Assembly: GCA_050248855.1 (NCBI GenBank)
Contig: JBFWRP010000001.1
Span: forward strand, 128,001 to 192,000
Source: Planctomycetota bacterium
Lineage (GTDB): Bacteria; Planctomycetota; PLA2; JAEUHO01
Direction of reading: 5' to 3'
Length of the DNA stretch: 64,000 bases
This document shows positions 20,955-30,084 of this stretch, piece by piece; positions within the stretch are counted from its first letter, which is position 1, and each line of letters begins with the position of its first letter. The notes beneath the pieces are model-generated. The model was given only the letters and a program-made list of their open reading frames with translations. It searched no databases and was not told the origin of the DNA. Made by a program: the position numbers and the translations under genes.

Positions 20955-20999
20955 CGCGGGATGGTACGCCCCTCCCGCCGGTCCGCGTACCGTGGCGCC

Positions 21000-21512
21000 G
21001 TGAGCCAGGCCGACCCGTATCGGCTGCACCGCGCGACGGCTGCCGACCATGCCTGGGTGCGCGAAGTCCGCTTGCGGGCGTTGCAGGAGGATCCCGACGC
21101 CTTCGGCTCCACCCACGCTCGCGAGAAGGACCGCACGCCAAAGGAGTGGGCGGCGTTCGCCGGCCGACCCGAGGCCGCCACGTTCCTGGTCTTGGCAGGA
21201 GGCCGCCCGGTGGGCATCGCGAGCGGCAGCCCGTACCGCCCCCCCTCGACCCAGGTGGGGCTCTTCGGCATGTGGGTGGCCCCGGAGGCGCGAGGCCAGG
21301 GCCTCGGCGGGCGCCTGGTCGATGCCGTGATCGCCTGGGCGTGGGCGGCGGGCCACCGCCGCTTGCACCTCGACGTCGGGGACGCCAACGAAGCGGCCAT
21401 CCGCCTCTACGCGTCGCGCGGCTTCGAGCCCACGGGCGTGACCGGAGCCGTCGATCCCGAGCGCCCCCACATCACCGAGCACGAGCGCGCGCTGGACCTG
21501 CACGGCCCGTGA
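21000..21512 (+). CDS. GNAT family N-acetyltransferase
   Basis: [13 protein letters not shown] acetyl-CoA motif, [13 protein letters not shown]. Confidence 0.9.
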   Translation: MSQADPYRLHRATAADHAWVREVRLRALQEDPDAFGSTHAREKDRTPKEWAAFAGRPEAATFLVLAGGRPVGIASGSPYRPPSTQVGLFGMWVAPEARGQGLGGRLVDAVIAWAWAAGHRRLHLDVGDANEAAIRLYASRGFEPTGVTGAVDPERPHITEHERALDLHGP

Positions 21513-21542
21513 GGAGCGCTGGCCCGGCCTCCCCGCGGCCCC

Positions 21543-23060
21543 TCACACGCGCAGGGCGAGGGCTTCGTCGATGTGCGGTGGCTCGAGCGTGTCGACATCG
21601 CAGAGGTCGGCCAGCGTGCGGGCCACGCGCAGCGTGCGGTGCACCGCGCGTCCCGAGAGTCCCAGGCTCTGCGTGGCGCGCACGAGTCGCTGCAGCGCGG
21701 CGGGCGTGGGGTCGACCGCGTCGGGCAGCCTGGCCGCGGGTAGCTCGGCGTTGGCGTAGACCCTGCTTCGGAGCGCACGGCAGCGATCCCCCTGGCGGCG
21801 CAGGGCGGCTGCGAGCTGGGCCTCCGTGAACGGCGCCGGCGCCGGCGGACCGACCAGCTGCTGCGGATCGACCGGACGCGTGGTGACGCAGAGGTCGAAG
21901 CGATCCCGGAGCGGCCCCGAGATGCGCGCTTGGTAGCGGCTGATCTCGCGGACGCCGCAGCGGCAACGACCCGGCACGCCCTGCCACCCACACGGGCACG
22001 GGTTCATGGCGGCGACAAGGACCACGCGGCTCGGAAGCCGCACGCTGCCCGCAGCCCGGCTGACGACGAGGGCACCGTCTTCCAGCGGCTGGCGCAGGGC
22101 TTCGAGCGAGGTGCGCGCGAACTCCGGCAGCTCGTCGAGGAACAGCACGCCGCGATGCGCGAGGCTCACCTCGCCCGGTCGGGGTGGCGAGCCTCCACCG
22201 ACGAGGCCCGGGAGACTTGCCGTGTGGTGCGGCGCGCGGAAGGGGCGCTTGCGCACGAGCCCGCCCGCGAGGAGGCCGGCGGCGCTGTGTACGCGGCTCA
22301 CGTCGAGCGCCTCCTCGCGCGTGAGCGGCGGCAGGAGGTCGCGCACCTCGCGGGCCAGCATGGTCTTGCCCGAGCCGGGTGGCCCCATGAGCAGCAGGTT
22401 GTGCCCACCGACGGCCGCGACCCAGGCGGCCCGCAGGGCCTGCGCCTGGCCGCGGACCTGCGAGCACAGGGGGACCTCGTGGGAGGGGGACCACGGCGGC
22501 GCGCGCGTCGGCTCGATCGGCGCGAGACCCTCCACGTGCTCGACGGCGCCGAGCACGTCGTCGACGGCATGCACGTCGACGCCCTCGACCGAGGCCGCCT
22601 CGGCCGCGTTCGCGCGCGGCACGAGCGCCGCGGTGAGGCGAGCCCGGCGTGCCGCCTCCACGGCGGCCAGCACGCCACGCACCGGGCGCAGCGAACCATC
22701 GAGCGCGACCTCCCCGAGGCACAGGTACAGCGCCAGCCGCGACGGCGCGCTGAAGGTGCCGAGCGCGCCCAATAGGCCGAGGGCGATCGCCAGGTCCAGC
22801 GCGGCGCCCTGCTTGCGGTCGGCCGCCGGGGCCAGGTTGACGGTGGCTCGCGTGTCGGGCCACCCCCAGCCGCCAGACTGCAGCGCTGCGCGGATCCGCT
22901 CACGACCCTCGCGCATGGCGATGTCGGGCAGGCCCACGATGCGGAACGAGCGCTCGCCGCCCTCCTCGCGCGGCGCCAGGGCAACCTGCACGTCGACCAG
23001 GCGGGCCTCCGTGCCGACCAGGGTGGCGCCCACCGTGCGTGCGAAGCCTGCATCGCTCAC
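21543..23060 (-). CDS. comM: YifB/ComM family Mg-chelatase-like AAA+ ATPase
   Basis: IVGLPD, TVNLAPA, GPPGSGKT, RPFRAPHHT, GVLFLDELPEF, AAMNPCPCG, ISGPLRDRFD. Confidence 0.92.
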   Translation of the reverse strand: MSDAGFARTVGATLVGTEARLVDVQVALAPREEGGERSFRIVGLPDIAMREGRERIRAALQSGGWGWPDTRATVNLAPAADRKQGAALDLAIALGLLGALGTFSAPSRLALYLCLGEVALDGSLRPVRGVLAAVEAARRARLTAALVPRANAAEAASVEGVDVHAVDDVLGAVEHVEGLAPIEPTRAPPWSPSHEVPLCSQVRGQAQALRAAWVAAVGGHNLLLMGPPGSGKTMLAREVRDLLPPLTREEALDVSRVHSAAGLLAGGLVRKRPFRAPHHTASLPGLVGGGSPPRPGEVSLAHRGVLFLDELPEFARTSLEALRQPLEDGALVVSRAAGSVRLPSRVVLVAAMNPCPCGWQGVPGRCRCGVREISRYQARISGPLRDRFDLCVTTRPVDPQQLVGPPAPAPFTEAQLAAALRRQGDRCRALRSRVYANAELPAARLPDAVDPTPAALQRLVRATQSLGLSGRAVHRTLRVARTLADLCDVDTLEPPHIDEALALRV

Positions 23061-23144
23061 GGCGGCGGCCACGCCACGGCGCGGTTCCCGGTCACGGGAC
23101 CAACGTCCGGCGGCTGCCCGACGTAGGAGCCGGCGGAGGGCCCC

Positions 23145-24431
23145 ATGGACCACGCGATGGCCACGCGCACCCCGAGGCGGCTTCGCGCCGCGCTCGTCCT
23201 GCTGGGCGCGGCCGCGCTTGCGGCGGTGCCCCTGCTACCGGGAACGTCCGGCCAGGCGCTTGCGGGGCCCCCACGCGCGACCGACGAGCTGGCCGAACGA
23301 CGCGAGCGCGCCCTTGCGAAGGCGCGCGCTTGGCTCGACGATCACGTCTTCGGGCTGGTCGAGAGCGAGGGCACGCCGCGCAAGCCGTTCACGGTGGCGT
23401 TGTACGGGCTGATCGAGCTCAAGGCCGGCGGCGCATCGCGCGAGGCCCGTCGCGGAAGCACCGTGGCGCGCGCGCGCCGCTATCTCGAGCAGTGGCTCGG
23501 CGGCGTGGAGACCCGCGCGTCGAAGCCCGACCAGCTGCCGCCGCGCCACGGGCTCGCGTCGAGTCGACACCTCGTCCAGTACACGTGGCCCGCCGCGTTG
23601 GCCCTGTGGTTCCTCGCGGACGCCGAGTCGTCGACCGCACGCGCGATGGCGCCGCGCTCCTCGCTGCGCCGCCTGGCCGAGCTGCTCGCCGACGCCCAGG
23701 ACGCCAACGGCGGCTTCGGCCACGGGCGCATTCACGCACCTGCTGCCGGCGCCGACGATGGGCTGCCCTTCGACGTGCCGCTGGGCTATCCCTCCACGCT
23801 CGTCTCGTCGACCTACGTCGTCCTCGCCGCACTCGGCCATGCCCGTGGGCACCTGGGACCGGCCATCGAGGGTGTAGGCCAGAAGGCGGTCGACCATCTC
23901 GTCGCCAGCCAGCTGCCTGGGGGGCTGCAGCCCTACGACACGAGCCAGCGCAGTGCGCACGGCGACCCGACCGGGATCGCGCGGGCTGCCGGGGCCGCGT
24001 ATGCGCTCCACGCGTGGGGCCTGCCGTGGACCCACCGCCACCAGGTGCGCGCGCTGGAGCAGGTCGACGAGCGCGTGGACCTGCTCTCCGAGGGCCACGG
24101 CAGCAGCATGCTCGGCCTGTGGTTCGGCGCGATGCTGGCACGCGCGCGTGGGGAGCGCGCATGGGCCGCCTTCCGCAAGGTCCACCTGCCGGCTTTGCTG
24201 GACGGCCAGCACGAGGACGGTCGCCTGCCGTGCCCCTGCCGAGGTGCAACCTTCGGGGCCACGGACGACGACGAGCCGCTACCGGGGCTGGGGGCCTCCC
24301 TGCCGACGGTCTTCCGCGACGGCACCGACGCCTACGTGACGGCGCTCGGGACGCTGATCCTCCTGCTCGACCGGGGGGACGGCCCGTCGACGCGCCCCGC
24401 TCGCCCTCGCGGCGACATCACGCCGCGGTAG
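23145..24431 (+). CDS. Exported protein with prenyltransferase/squalene-oxidase-like repeats
   Basis: Signal peptide; AQDANGGFG, SQLPGG, GQHEDGR QxxxGx motifs. Confidence 0.6.
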   Translation: MDHAMATRTPRRLRAALVLLGAAALAAVPLLPGTSGQALAGPPRATDELAERRERALAKARAWLDDHVFGLVESEGTPRKPFTVALYGLIELKAGGASREARRGSTVARARRYLEQWLGGVETRASKPDQLPPRHGLASSRHLVQYTWPAALALWFLADAESSTARAMAPRSSLRRLAELLADAQDANGGFGHGRIHAPAAGADDGLPFDVPLGYPSTLVSSTYVVLAALGHARGHLGPAIEGVGQKAVDHLVASQLPGGLQPYDTSQRSAHGDPTGIARAAGAAYALHAWGLPWTHRHQVRALEQVDERVDLLSEGHGSSMLGLWFGAMLARARGERAWAAFRKVHLPALLDGQHEDGRLPCPCRGATFGATDDDEPLPGLGASLPTVFRDGTDAYVTALGTLILLLDRGDGPSTRPARPRGDITPR

Positions 24432-24535
24432 GCGGGCGACCCCCTCGGGCGGCCCGGCCGCGCCCTTCCCCCAAGGGGCGTGGTGGCCCGGCAAGAGGGG
24501 CTAGGATGATCGGCCACGCTTGTTCCGGAGACCTC

Positions 24536-27019
24536 ATGCGCCATTTCGTACGAACGCTCCTCGTAGCCGCGCTGCTGCTTCCAGCGCTCGTCGTGCCCGT
24601 CGGGGCCGACGAGATCGAAGAGGGCGCCGCAGCCCGCAAGGTCGAGGATCTCCTGCGGGAGGACCCGGGGGACGACGTGCGGGCCATCTGGCTCTTGGCC
24701 ACCCGCCTGCAGCAGCTCGACACGGCGGCCCTGCCCGCCTTGCACCGCGCCGAGGCCGACGCCACGCCCGGTCGCCGGCTGGCGATCGGCAGGGCCCTCG
24801 TGGCGCTGGAGGACTTCATGCGGGGGCTCGACGTGTTGCGCGCGGTGGCGGGCAACACCGAGGTCGCCGGCACCCTGCGCGCGGCCGCCCTCTCCGTGAT
24901 CGGGAGGGAGGGTGAACCGGAGGACGCGGACTGGATCGAGGAGCGCATCGACCTGGAGCTGGACCCGCACACGAAGCTGGCCATGGCCAAGGCCCTCTGG
25001 GACCTCAACCGCAGCAGCAAGATGAAGGGCAAGGAGGTCATGCTCGACTTCATCGCGAGCACGGATCCCGACTTGCGGGCCCTCGGCGCCTTGGCCCTGG
25101 GCGAGATCGGCGCCATCGGCGAGGCGCGCGGCATCCTCAACGAGCTCAAGGACGAGCCCACCGAGCGCGGCCGCAGTGCCCAGCTGCTGATCAGCCTGCT
25201 GCAGCGCCAGCGCGTCATCGAGAACCTCGAGGCCGCCGCCGACCGCGCCGCTCCGCCGCCGGAGCCCACGAAGCCGGTGGAGCCCGTCACCAACAGCGGC
25301 TGGCCGCTGTTGGACGAGATCTGGAACCGCCTCGCCTCGGCGTATGCGTTCCCCGACAAGGTGCGCGACCGGCGCAAGCTGGAGGACGCGGCCGCGGCAG
25401 GTCTGACCCGGGCGCTCGACGAGCACACGACCTACATGTCGCCCGAGGCCTACGGCGAGCTGATGGAGAGCCTGGACCCCTCCTACGGCGGCATCGGCGC
25501 GTACGTCCAGAACGACCCCGACAACGGGCAGCGCTTCACGATCTCGCGCCCCATCTACGGCGGCCCCGTCTACCAAGCCGACCTGCGCGCGGGCGACATC
25601 GTGGTCATGGTCGAGGACACACCCACGCAGGGCCTCACGGCGGACGAGTGCGTCAAGCTGTTGCGCGGACCGGCGGGCACGAAGGTGCGCATCTCCGTCG
25701 TCCGTCCGGGCTGGACGGAGCCGCGCGAGTACACGCTGACGCGCGCCCGCATCACCATCCCCACCACGGCCTACGACGTGCTGCCTGGCGGCATCGGCTT
25801 CCTGCAGCTGCAGCACTTCAGCGAGGAGACCGCGGAAGAAGTCGGTCGCGTGCTGGACGACTTCCAACGCGACGGCGTGAAGGGCGTCATCCTCGACCTG
25901 CGCGGCAACACGGGCGGCTTCCTGCGGAGCGCCGTCGAGATCGCCAGCGAGTTCCTGCCCGGCGGTACCACGGTGGTCACGGAGACCGGCCGCCAGGGCA
26001 TCTGGCCCGAGCGCCGGCACGTGGCCGACGGCCGCGGTGACCGCCGCCCGGACCTGCCCATCGTCGTCCTGGTCAACCAGTCCACGGCCAGCGCGGCCGA
26101 GATCCTGGCCGGCGCGCTCAAGGACACGGGGCGCGCCAAGCTCGTCGGCCAGATGACCTACGGCAAGGGCACCGCCCAGGTGCCGCTGCCCCTGACGAGC
26201 CGACCGGGCGAGACGTTCGAGGACTCCGAGCGTGCCGTCCGCCGCTTCGAGGACAAGAACCGCAACCAGCAGTGGGACGAGGGCGAGCCCTTCACCATCG
26301 TGATGCGGTTGAACCAGGAGTTCGACCCCGCCGAACGCTTCACCGACGAGAACGGCAACGGGACGTACGACCGCGGCGAGCCGTTCGCCGACGACAACGG
26401 CAACGGCGCCTGGGACGATGCCGAGAAGTTCGAGGATGCCAACGGCAACGGCAAGTGGGATCCGGGCGGGACGGTCAAGATGACGGTCGCGCGCTACCTC
26501 ACGCCCAGTGGCTTCAACCCCAACGGCGAGCTCAAGGTCGTTGACGGTCGCATCGAGCGCGTGGGCGGCATCGCCGTCGACGTGCAGCAACGCCCGGACG
26601 GCGAGTTCGACTTCTGGGAGATCCACGAGCAGCGCAAGCTCGAGAGCACGCCCGCCGTACGCGAGTACGTGAACAAGCTCTACGCCGAGCAGCCCGACCG
26701 CATGGAGGCCCTCGCGCGCAGCGACCACAACGATCCTGGCGCGTACCCGGGTTTCGAGGCGTTCTACGCGAGCTTGGACACCAAGCTCGACCGTGACGCC
26801 GTTCGCTGGCTGGTCCGCTTCCACACGCGCCGCGTCGTCGGCAACGCCCACGGCCGCGAGCTGGTCGGGGACGTCGTCGACGACCTGCAGCTCCAGCGCG
26901 CCCTGCAGGTCCTCGCTACCGAGATGGGGTTGAAGCTGGCCGACATCGACGGCCTGGCCTTCGTGCCGGGCATGCTGGAGGCGTCGGAGAAGCGGGCTGC
27001 CGAGGCTGCTACGCGGTGA
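24536..27019 (+). CDS. S41 (CtpA-like) protease with N-terminal HEAT repeats, PDZ domain and DxNGNG repeat insert
   Basis: Signal peptide; YGGIG (PDZ), ILDLRGNTGG, STASAAEI (Ser), TYGKG (Lys), ARYLTPSG, DLQLQRA. Confidence 0.92.
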   Translation: MRHFVRTLLVAALLLPALVVPVGADEIEEGAAARKVEDLLREDPGDDVRAIWLLATRLQQLDTAALPALHRAEADATPGRRLAIGRALVALEDFMRGLDVLRAVAGNTEVAGTLRAAALSVIGREGEPEDADWIEERIDLELDPHTKLAMAKALWDLNRSSKMKGKEVMLDFIASTDPDLRALGALALGEIGAIGEARGILNELKDEPTERGRSAQLLISLLQRQRVIENLEAAADRAAPPPEPTKPVEPVTNSGWPLLDEIWNRLASAYAFPDKVRDRRKLEDAAAAGLTRALDEHTTYMSPEAYGELMESLDPSYGGIGAYVQNDPDNGQRFTISRPIYGGPVYQADLRAGDIVVMVEDTPTQGLTADECVKLLRGPAGTKVRISVVRPGWTEPREYTLTRARITIPTTAYDVLPGGIGFLQLQHFSEETAEEVGRVLDDFQRDGVKGVILDLRGNTGGFLRSAVEIASEFLPGGTTVVTETGRQGIWPERRHVADGRGDRRPDLPIVVLVNQSTASAAEILAGALKDTGRAKLVGQMTYGKGTAQVPLPLTSRPGETFEDSERAVRRFEDKNRNQQWDEGEPFTIVMRLNQEFDPAERFTDENGNGTYDRGEPFADDNGNGAWDDAEKFEDANGNGKWDPGGTVKMTVARYLTPSGFNPNGELKVVDGRIERVGGIAVDVQQRPDGEFDFWEIHEQRKLESTPAVREYVNKLYAEQPDRMEALARSDHNDPGAYPGFEAFYASLDTKLDRDAVRWLVRFHTRRVVGNAHGRELVGDVVDDLQLQRALQVLATEMGLKLADIDGLAFVPGMLEASEKRAAEAATR

Positions 27020-27735
27020 GCGCAAGGGCCCCCGATCTGGCGGGGGCCTTGGTCGGCTGCGAGGCCCTGGACGTCGTCCCGGGCCTCGTGCACGGGGCGC
27101 TGGGGCGGCCGGGCGTGGACGCCGTGGCTCGCGCCGACCTGCCGGGCCGGCTCGGGTTCCCGGCCCTGGTCACGCCACGGCAGGTGCATGGGGACGTCGT
27201 GCACCACGTGCGGGACGCGCGCTGCGTGGGCACGCCGTGCGATGCGCTCGTCCTGGAGCAGCCGGGTCTGCTGGCGGGCGTGCTCGGCGCGGACTGCCCC
27301 GGCGTCCTGCTGGTCGATCCCCGGCGACGTGCGCTGGCCCTCGTCCACAGCGGCTGGCGCGGCACGGCGGCGCGCATCGTCGTGCGCGCTCTGGACGCGC
27401 TCGTCGCCCGGGGCTCCGACCGCGGCGAGGTCCTGGCGTGGATCGGCCCCGGCATTTCCGGTCGCGCCTACGAAGTCGACGGACCCGTCCTCCAGGCGCT
27501 GGCGGGAACCGTCTCGCCAGCAGCGTACGAGCGGGCCGTCACGCCCACCCGACCTGGACACGCGGGTGTGGACCTCCGCCTCGTGCTCGAGGCCCAGCTC
27601 CTCGAGGCCGGCGTTCGCGCCGACCGCCTCACGCGCTCCACCGTCTGCACCTTCGCCGACGCCCGCTGGCACAGCTGGCGCCGCGACGGGGCGCACGCGG
27701 GGCGTCACCTCGTGGTGGCCGGGTGGCGGGCGTAG
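27016..27735 (+). CDS. YfiH/PgeF (laccase-domain) family protein
   Basis: QVHG, GADC, HSGWRG, IGPGIS, SWRR; GTGA overlap with the S41 gene. Confidence 0.9.
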   Translation: MSARAPDLAGALVGCEALDVVPGLVHGALGRPGVDAVARADLPGRLGFPALVTPRQVHGDVVHHVRDARCVGTPCDALVLEQPGLLAGVLGADCPGVLLVDPRRRALALVHSGWRGTAARIVVRALDALVARGSDRGEVLAWIGPGISGRAYEVDGPVLQALAGTVSPAAYERAVTPTRPGHAGVDLRLVLEAQLLEAGVRADRLTRSTVCTFADARWHSWRRDGAHAGRHLVVAGWRA

Positions 27736-27760
27736 ACGGCGGCGAGCCATACGTCGATGC

Positions 27761-27784
27761 GACGGGACCGTACCGAGCCGGGTG
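27761..27784. repeat. Fragment of the dispersed element (copy C, inverted)
   Basis: GACGGGACCGTACCGAGCCGGGTG is the reverse complement of CACC(T/C)GGCTCGGTACGGTCCCGTC in copy B (23/24 match). Confidence 0.75.
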
Positions 27785-27806
27785 TGGGAAGGCGGGCTCG
27801 GGCGGT

Positions 27807-28187
27807 TCAGATCTCTACGTGGCTGAGATCGTCGTCGAAAGCATGGTCGAAGGCTTCGGCGAAGTCGTAGAGACCCACGAAGTCTTCGCGGCGGTCGTCG
27901 GCCGTGCGCTGCAGCAAGTCCACGTCGATCAGCTGGAACACGATCTCGCCGAAGTCGGCCGTGGCATGCACGCCCCAGGCAGCGAGCACCGAGCGTGCGA
28001 GGTAGCCGAAACGCTCGAGCGCCAACCGCCGAACGCCTTCCATGATCTCCTGCCCCGTGACGTGACGGCGCGTACCGCCGCGGATCTCGAGCGTGTAGTC
28101 GAGCGCCTCGAAGACGAAGTGGTACGCCTCGGGCCGGAACCGCGGGTACGCGCGCACGAGCTTCAGGATGAGCGCATCCTTGTCCAT
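27807..28187 (-). CDS. Minf_1886-type Verrucomicrobia/Planctomycetes conserved protein
   Basis: PRFRPEAYHFV, RHVTGQE, FGYLARSVLAAWGV, DFGEIVF, DDRREDF. Confidence 0.85.
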   Translation of the reverse strand: MDKDALILKLVRAYPRFRPEAYHFVFEALDYTLEIRGGTRRHVTGQEIMEGVRRLALERFGYLARSVLAAWGVHATADFGEIVFQLIDVDLLQRTADDRREDFVGLYDFAEAFDHAFDDDLSHVEI

Positions 28188-28387
28188 GGAAGACCCCGCC
28201 TCCCCGGGGAGGGACCAACCTAGCCCGGCGGCTTGGTGCGGCCCGAAGCCAAAATCGTCAAGCGGAGGCTTGAACCGTAGCAGAGGTCCGAGCCGACTGA
28301 CGGATGCCTGACAGCGCGCGCCGGAAGGCGCTGACGGATGCCTACGTCAGGCGCCCCGGCCCCCCCGCCGGGGATCACGCCCTGCGG

Positions 28388-29392
28388 TCACACCTCCGAC
28401 GACCCACGCACGGCCAGCCGCAGGCGTCGCGCGAGCTCGGCAAACACGACGGCAGGCGCCACATGCACGGCCGCCGCCCCCGAGAGCTCATCGACCTGGT
28501 CGGCGAACGCAAGCACCGCGTCGACGCTCACGGCGCCCTCGCTGCCGGCGGGCGCAGCATCGCGCAACGTGTTTGCGGCCATGTCGCGTGCGAGCACCGT
28601 GGCGAGCCTCACGATCTCTTGCACCACGACGAAGACGGGAAGGTCCTCGCTCGCCTTGGCACACGCTTTCGCCGCGGCCTCGACCATGGCCACGGCGTCC
28701 GTGACGTGGGGCTGCACGTCGAGCACGAGATCGACGAAGCGGTCGAACGCATCCAACAGACCGCCGTCGAGAAGGCGTCGTGCACGGGTGAGCGAACCCC
28801 CGGCGCGGCGTGCCGCCTCCCGCGCCTTCGCGGCATCGGCGCCGTCCGCCACGAGCGCGGCCGTCAGCTCCTCGACGTGCACCGGCGGAACCACGAGGAC
28901 CTGGCAACGGCTGGTGACGGCCGTCGGCAAGCGCTGCGGGCGCGACGTGACCAACAAGAAGGTCGTCCGGTCGGGAGGCTCCTCGAGCGTCTTCAGGTAA
29001 CGCGCAATGCCTTCGGGCTCGAGGGCATCTGCCGGGGTCACGATGAACACTTGGCGGGCGCCCTCACGCGGCGTGGCGTGCGCGCGCTCCAAGTGCTCGG
29101 CCAGCGCGGCGACGGAGATGACCGTGGGCTTGTCGCGACGAACGCGATGGACGTCCGGGTGGGAGCCGCCGAGGATGCGCCCTCGCACGGCGGCGCGTCG
29201 TAGAGCGTCCGGCTCGACCAGCCACGTGGCCACCTCCAGGGCCAGGTCTTCGCCGGCCTCTTCATCGGGGCCGGCCACGATCCACGCCGGCGGCACGCGC
29301 CTGGCCTCGATCGCGGCCGCCAAGCGGACGCTGCGGTCACCGAGGGCGGCGAAGGCCGCTGCCGTACCGGACGGGTCCAGCGTCGCGGTCAC
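28388..29392 (-). CDS. holB: DNA polymerase III delta-prime-like clamp loader subunit
   Basis: HPDV, LKTLEEPP, LPTAVTSRC; GTGA overlap with tmk (conserved tmk-holB order). Confidence 0.85.
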   Translation of the reverse strand: MTATLDPSGTAAAFAALGDRSVRLAAAIEARRVPPAWIVAGPDEEAGEDLALEVATWLVEPDALRRAAVRGRILGGSHPDVHRVRRDKPTVISVAALAEHLERAHATPREGARQVFIVTPADALEPEGIARYLKTLEEPPDRTTFLLVTSRPQRLPTAVTSRCQVLVVPPVHVEELTAALVADGADAAKAREAARRAGGSLTRARRLLDGGLLDAFDRFVDLVLDVQPHVTDAVAMVEAAAKACAKASEDLPVFVVVQEIVRLATVLARDMAANTLRDAAPAGSEGAVSVDAVLAFADQVDELSGAAAVHVAPAVVFAELARRLRLAVRGSSEV

Positions 29393-30024
29393 GCGCCAGG
29401 CTCCGCGCCGTACAGGGCGCCCACGTGACCCCAGATGGCGGCCTCCACGTCGTCCGCCGGCGCCGACGCGTCCACCACGTGGCGCCGCGCCGGGTCTTCC
29501 GCGAACACCTGGCGGAAGCCGTCGGCAACACGCTCGCGGTAGCTGGCCGCGCGAGCTTCGATGCGGTCCTTGGGTCGGTCCATGCGGCGCGCCGCGACCT
29601 CCGTAGCGAGGTCCAGCAGCAGCGCGGCGTCGGGCTCGATGCCGCCCGTGGCCAGGCTGCTGGTGAGGGCAACGGCCTCGCGGTCCACGCCCGCGCCGAA
29701 CGCCTGGTAGGCGGTGGTTGCGTAGTGCCAGCGTTCGCAGACGACATCGCAACCGGCGTCGAGCGCGGGGCCGATCGTGCCGCGCGCCAGCTGGGCACGT
29801 GCTGCCTGGTAGAGCAGCATCTCGCACATCGGGACGACATCCCCCAGGGCCGGGTCCAGCAGGACGTCGCGGATGCGCTCGCCGACCACCGTGCTGCCCG
29901 GATCCCGCACGTGCAGCACGTCGCGCCCGGCGGCCACGAGGCGGCGGACGAGGCGCAGCGCCTGCGTGGTCTTCCCGCCCCCGTCCGGCCCGTCCAGGAC
30001 CACGAATCGACCGCGCTTGCTCAT
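29389..30024 (-). CDS. tmk: Thymidylate kinase
   Basis: FVVLDGPDGGGKTTQ, LLYQAARAQ, CERWHYATTAYQ, DRIE. Confidence 0.95.
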   Translation of the reverse strand: MSKRGRFVVLDGPDGGGKTTQALRLVRRLVAAGRDVLHVRDPGSTVVGERIRDVLLDPALGDVVPMCEMLLYQAARAQLARGTIGPALDAGCDVVCERWHYATTAYQAFGAGVDREAVALTSSLATGGIEPDAALLLDLATEVAARRMDRPKDRIEARAASYRERVADGFRQVFAEDPARRHVVDASAPADDVEAAIWGHVGALYGAEPGA

Positions 30025-30084
30025 CGGCACGAGGCTACCGACCCTCTCCCCCGCACGCGCGGGCGGCACCCCCTTCGAGGGGCG

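Noticed and set aside
21543..23060. Integrated element at comM, a common insertion hotspot
   Set aside because: The gene is intact, with no integrase, att repeats or compositional shift nearby.
23039..24535. Long N-terminal extensions in the ORF track (S41 1326 aa, TPR 1413 aa, cmk 670 aa, hydrolase 1012 aa, moaC 351 aa) as gene fusions
   Set aside because: The extensions are Arg/Pro/Ala-rich read-ins overlapping other real genes; signal peptides, RBS or stop/start overlaps mark the downstream starts.
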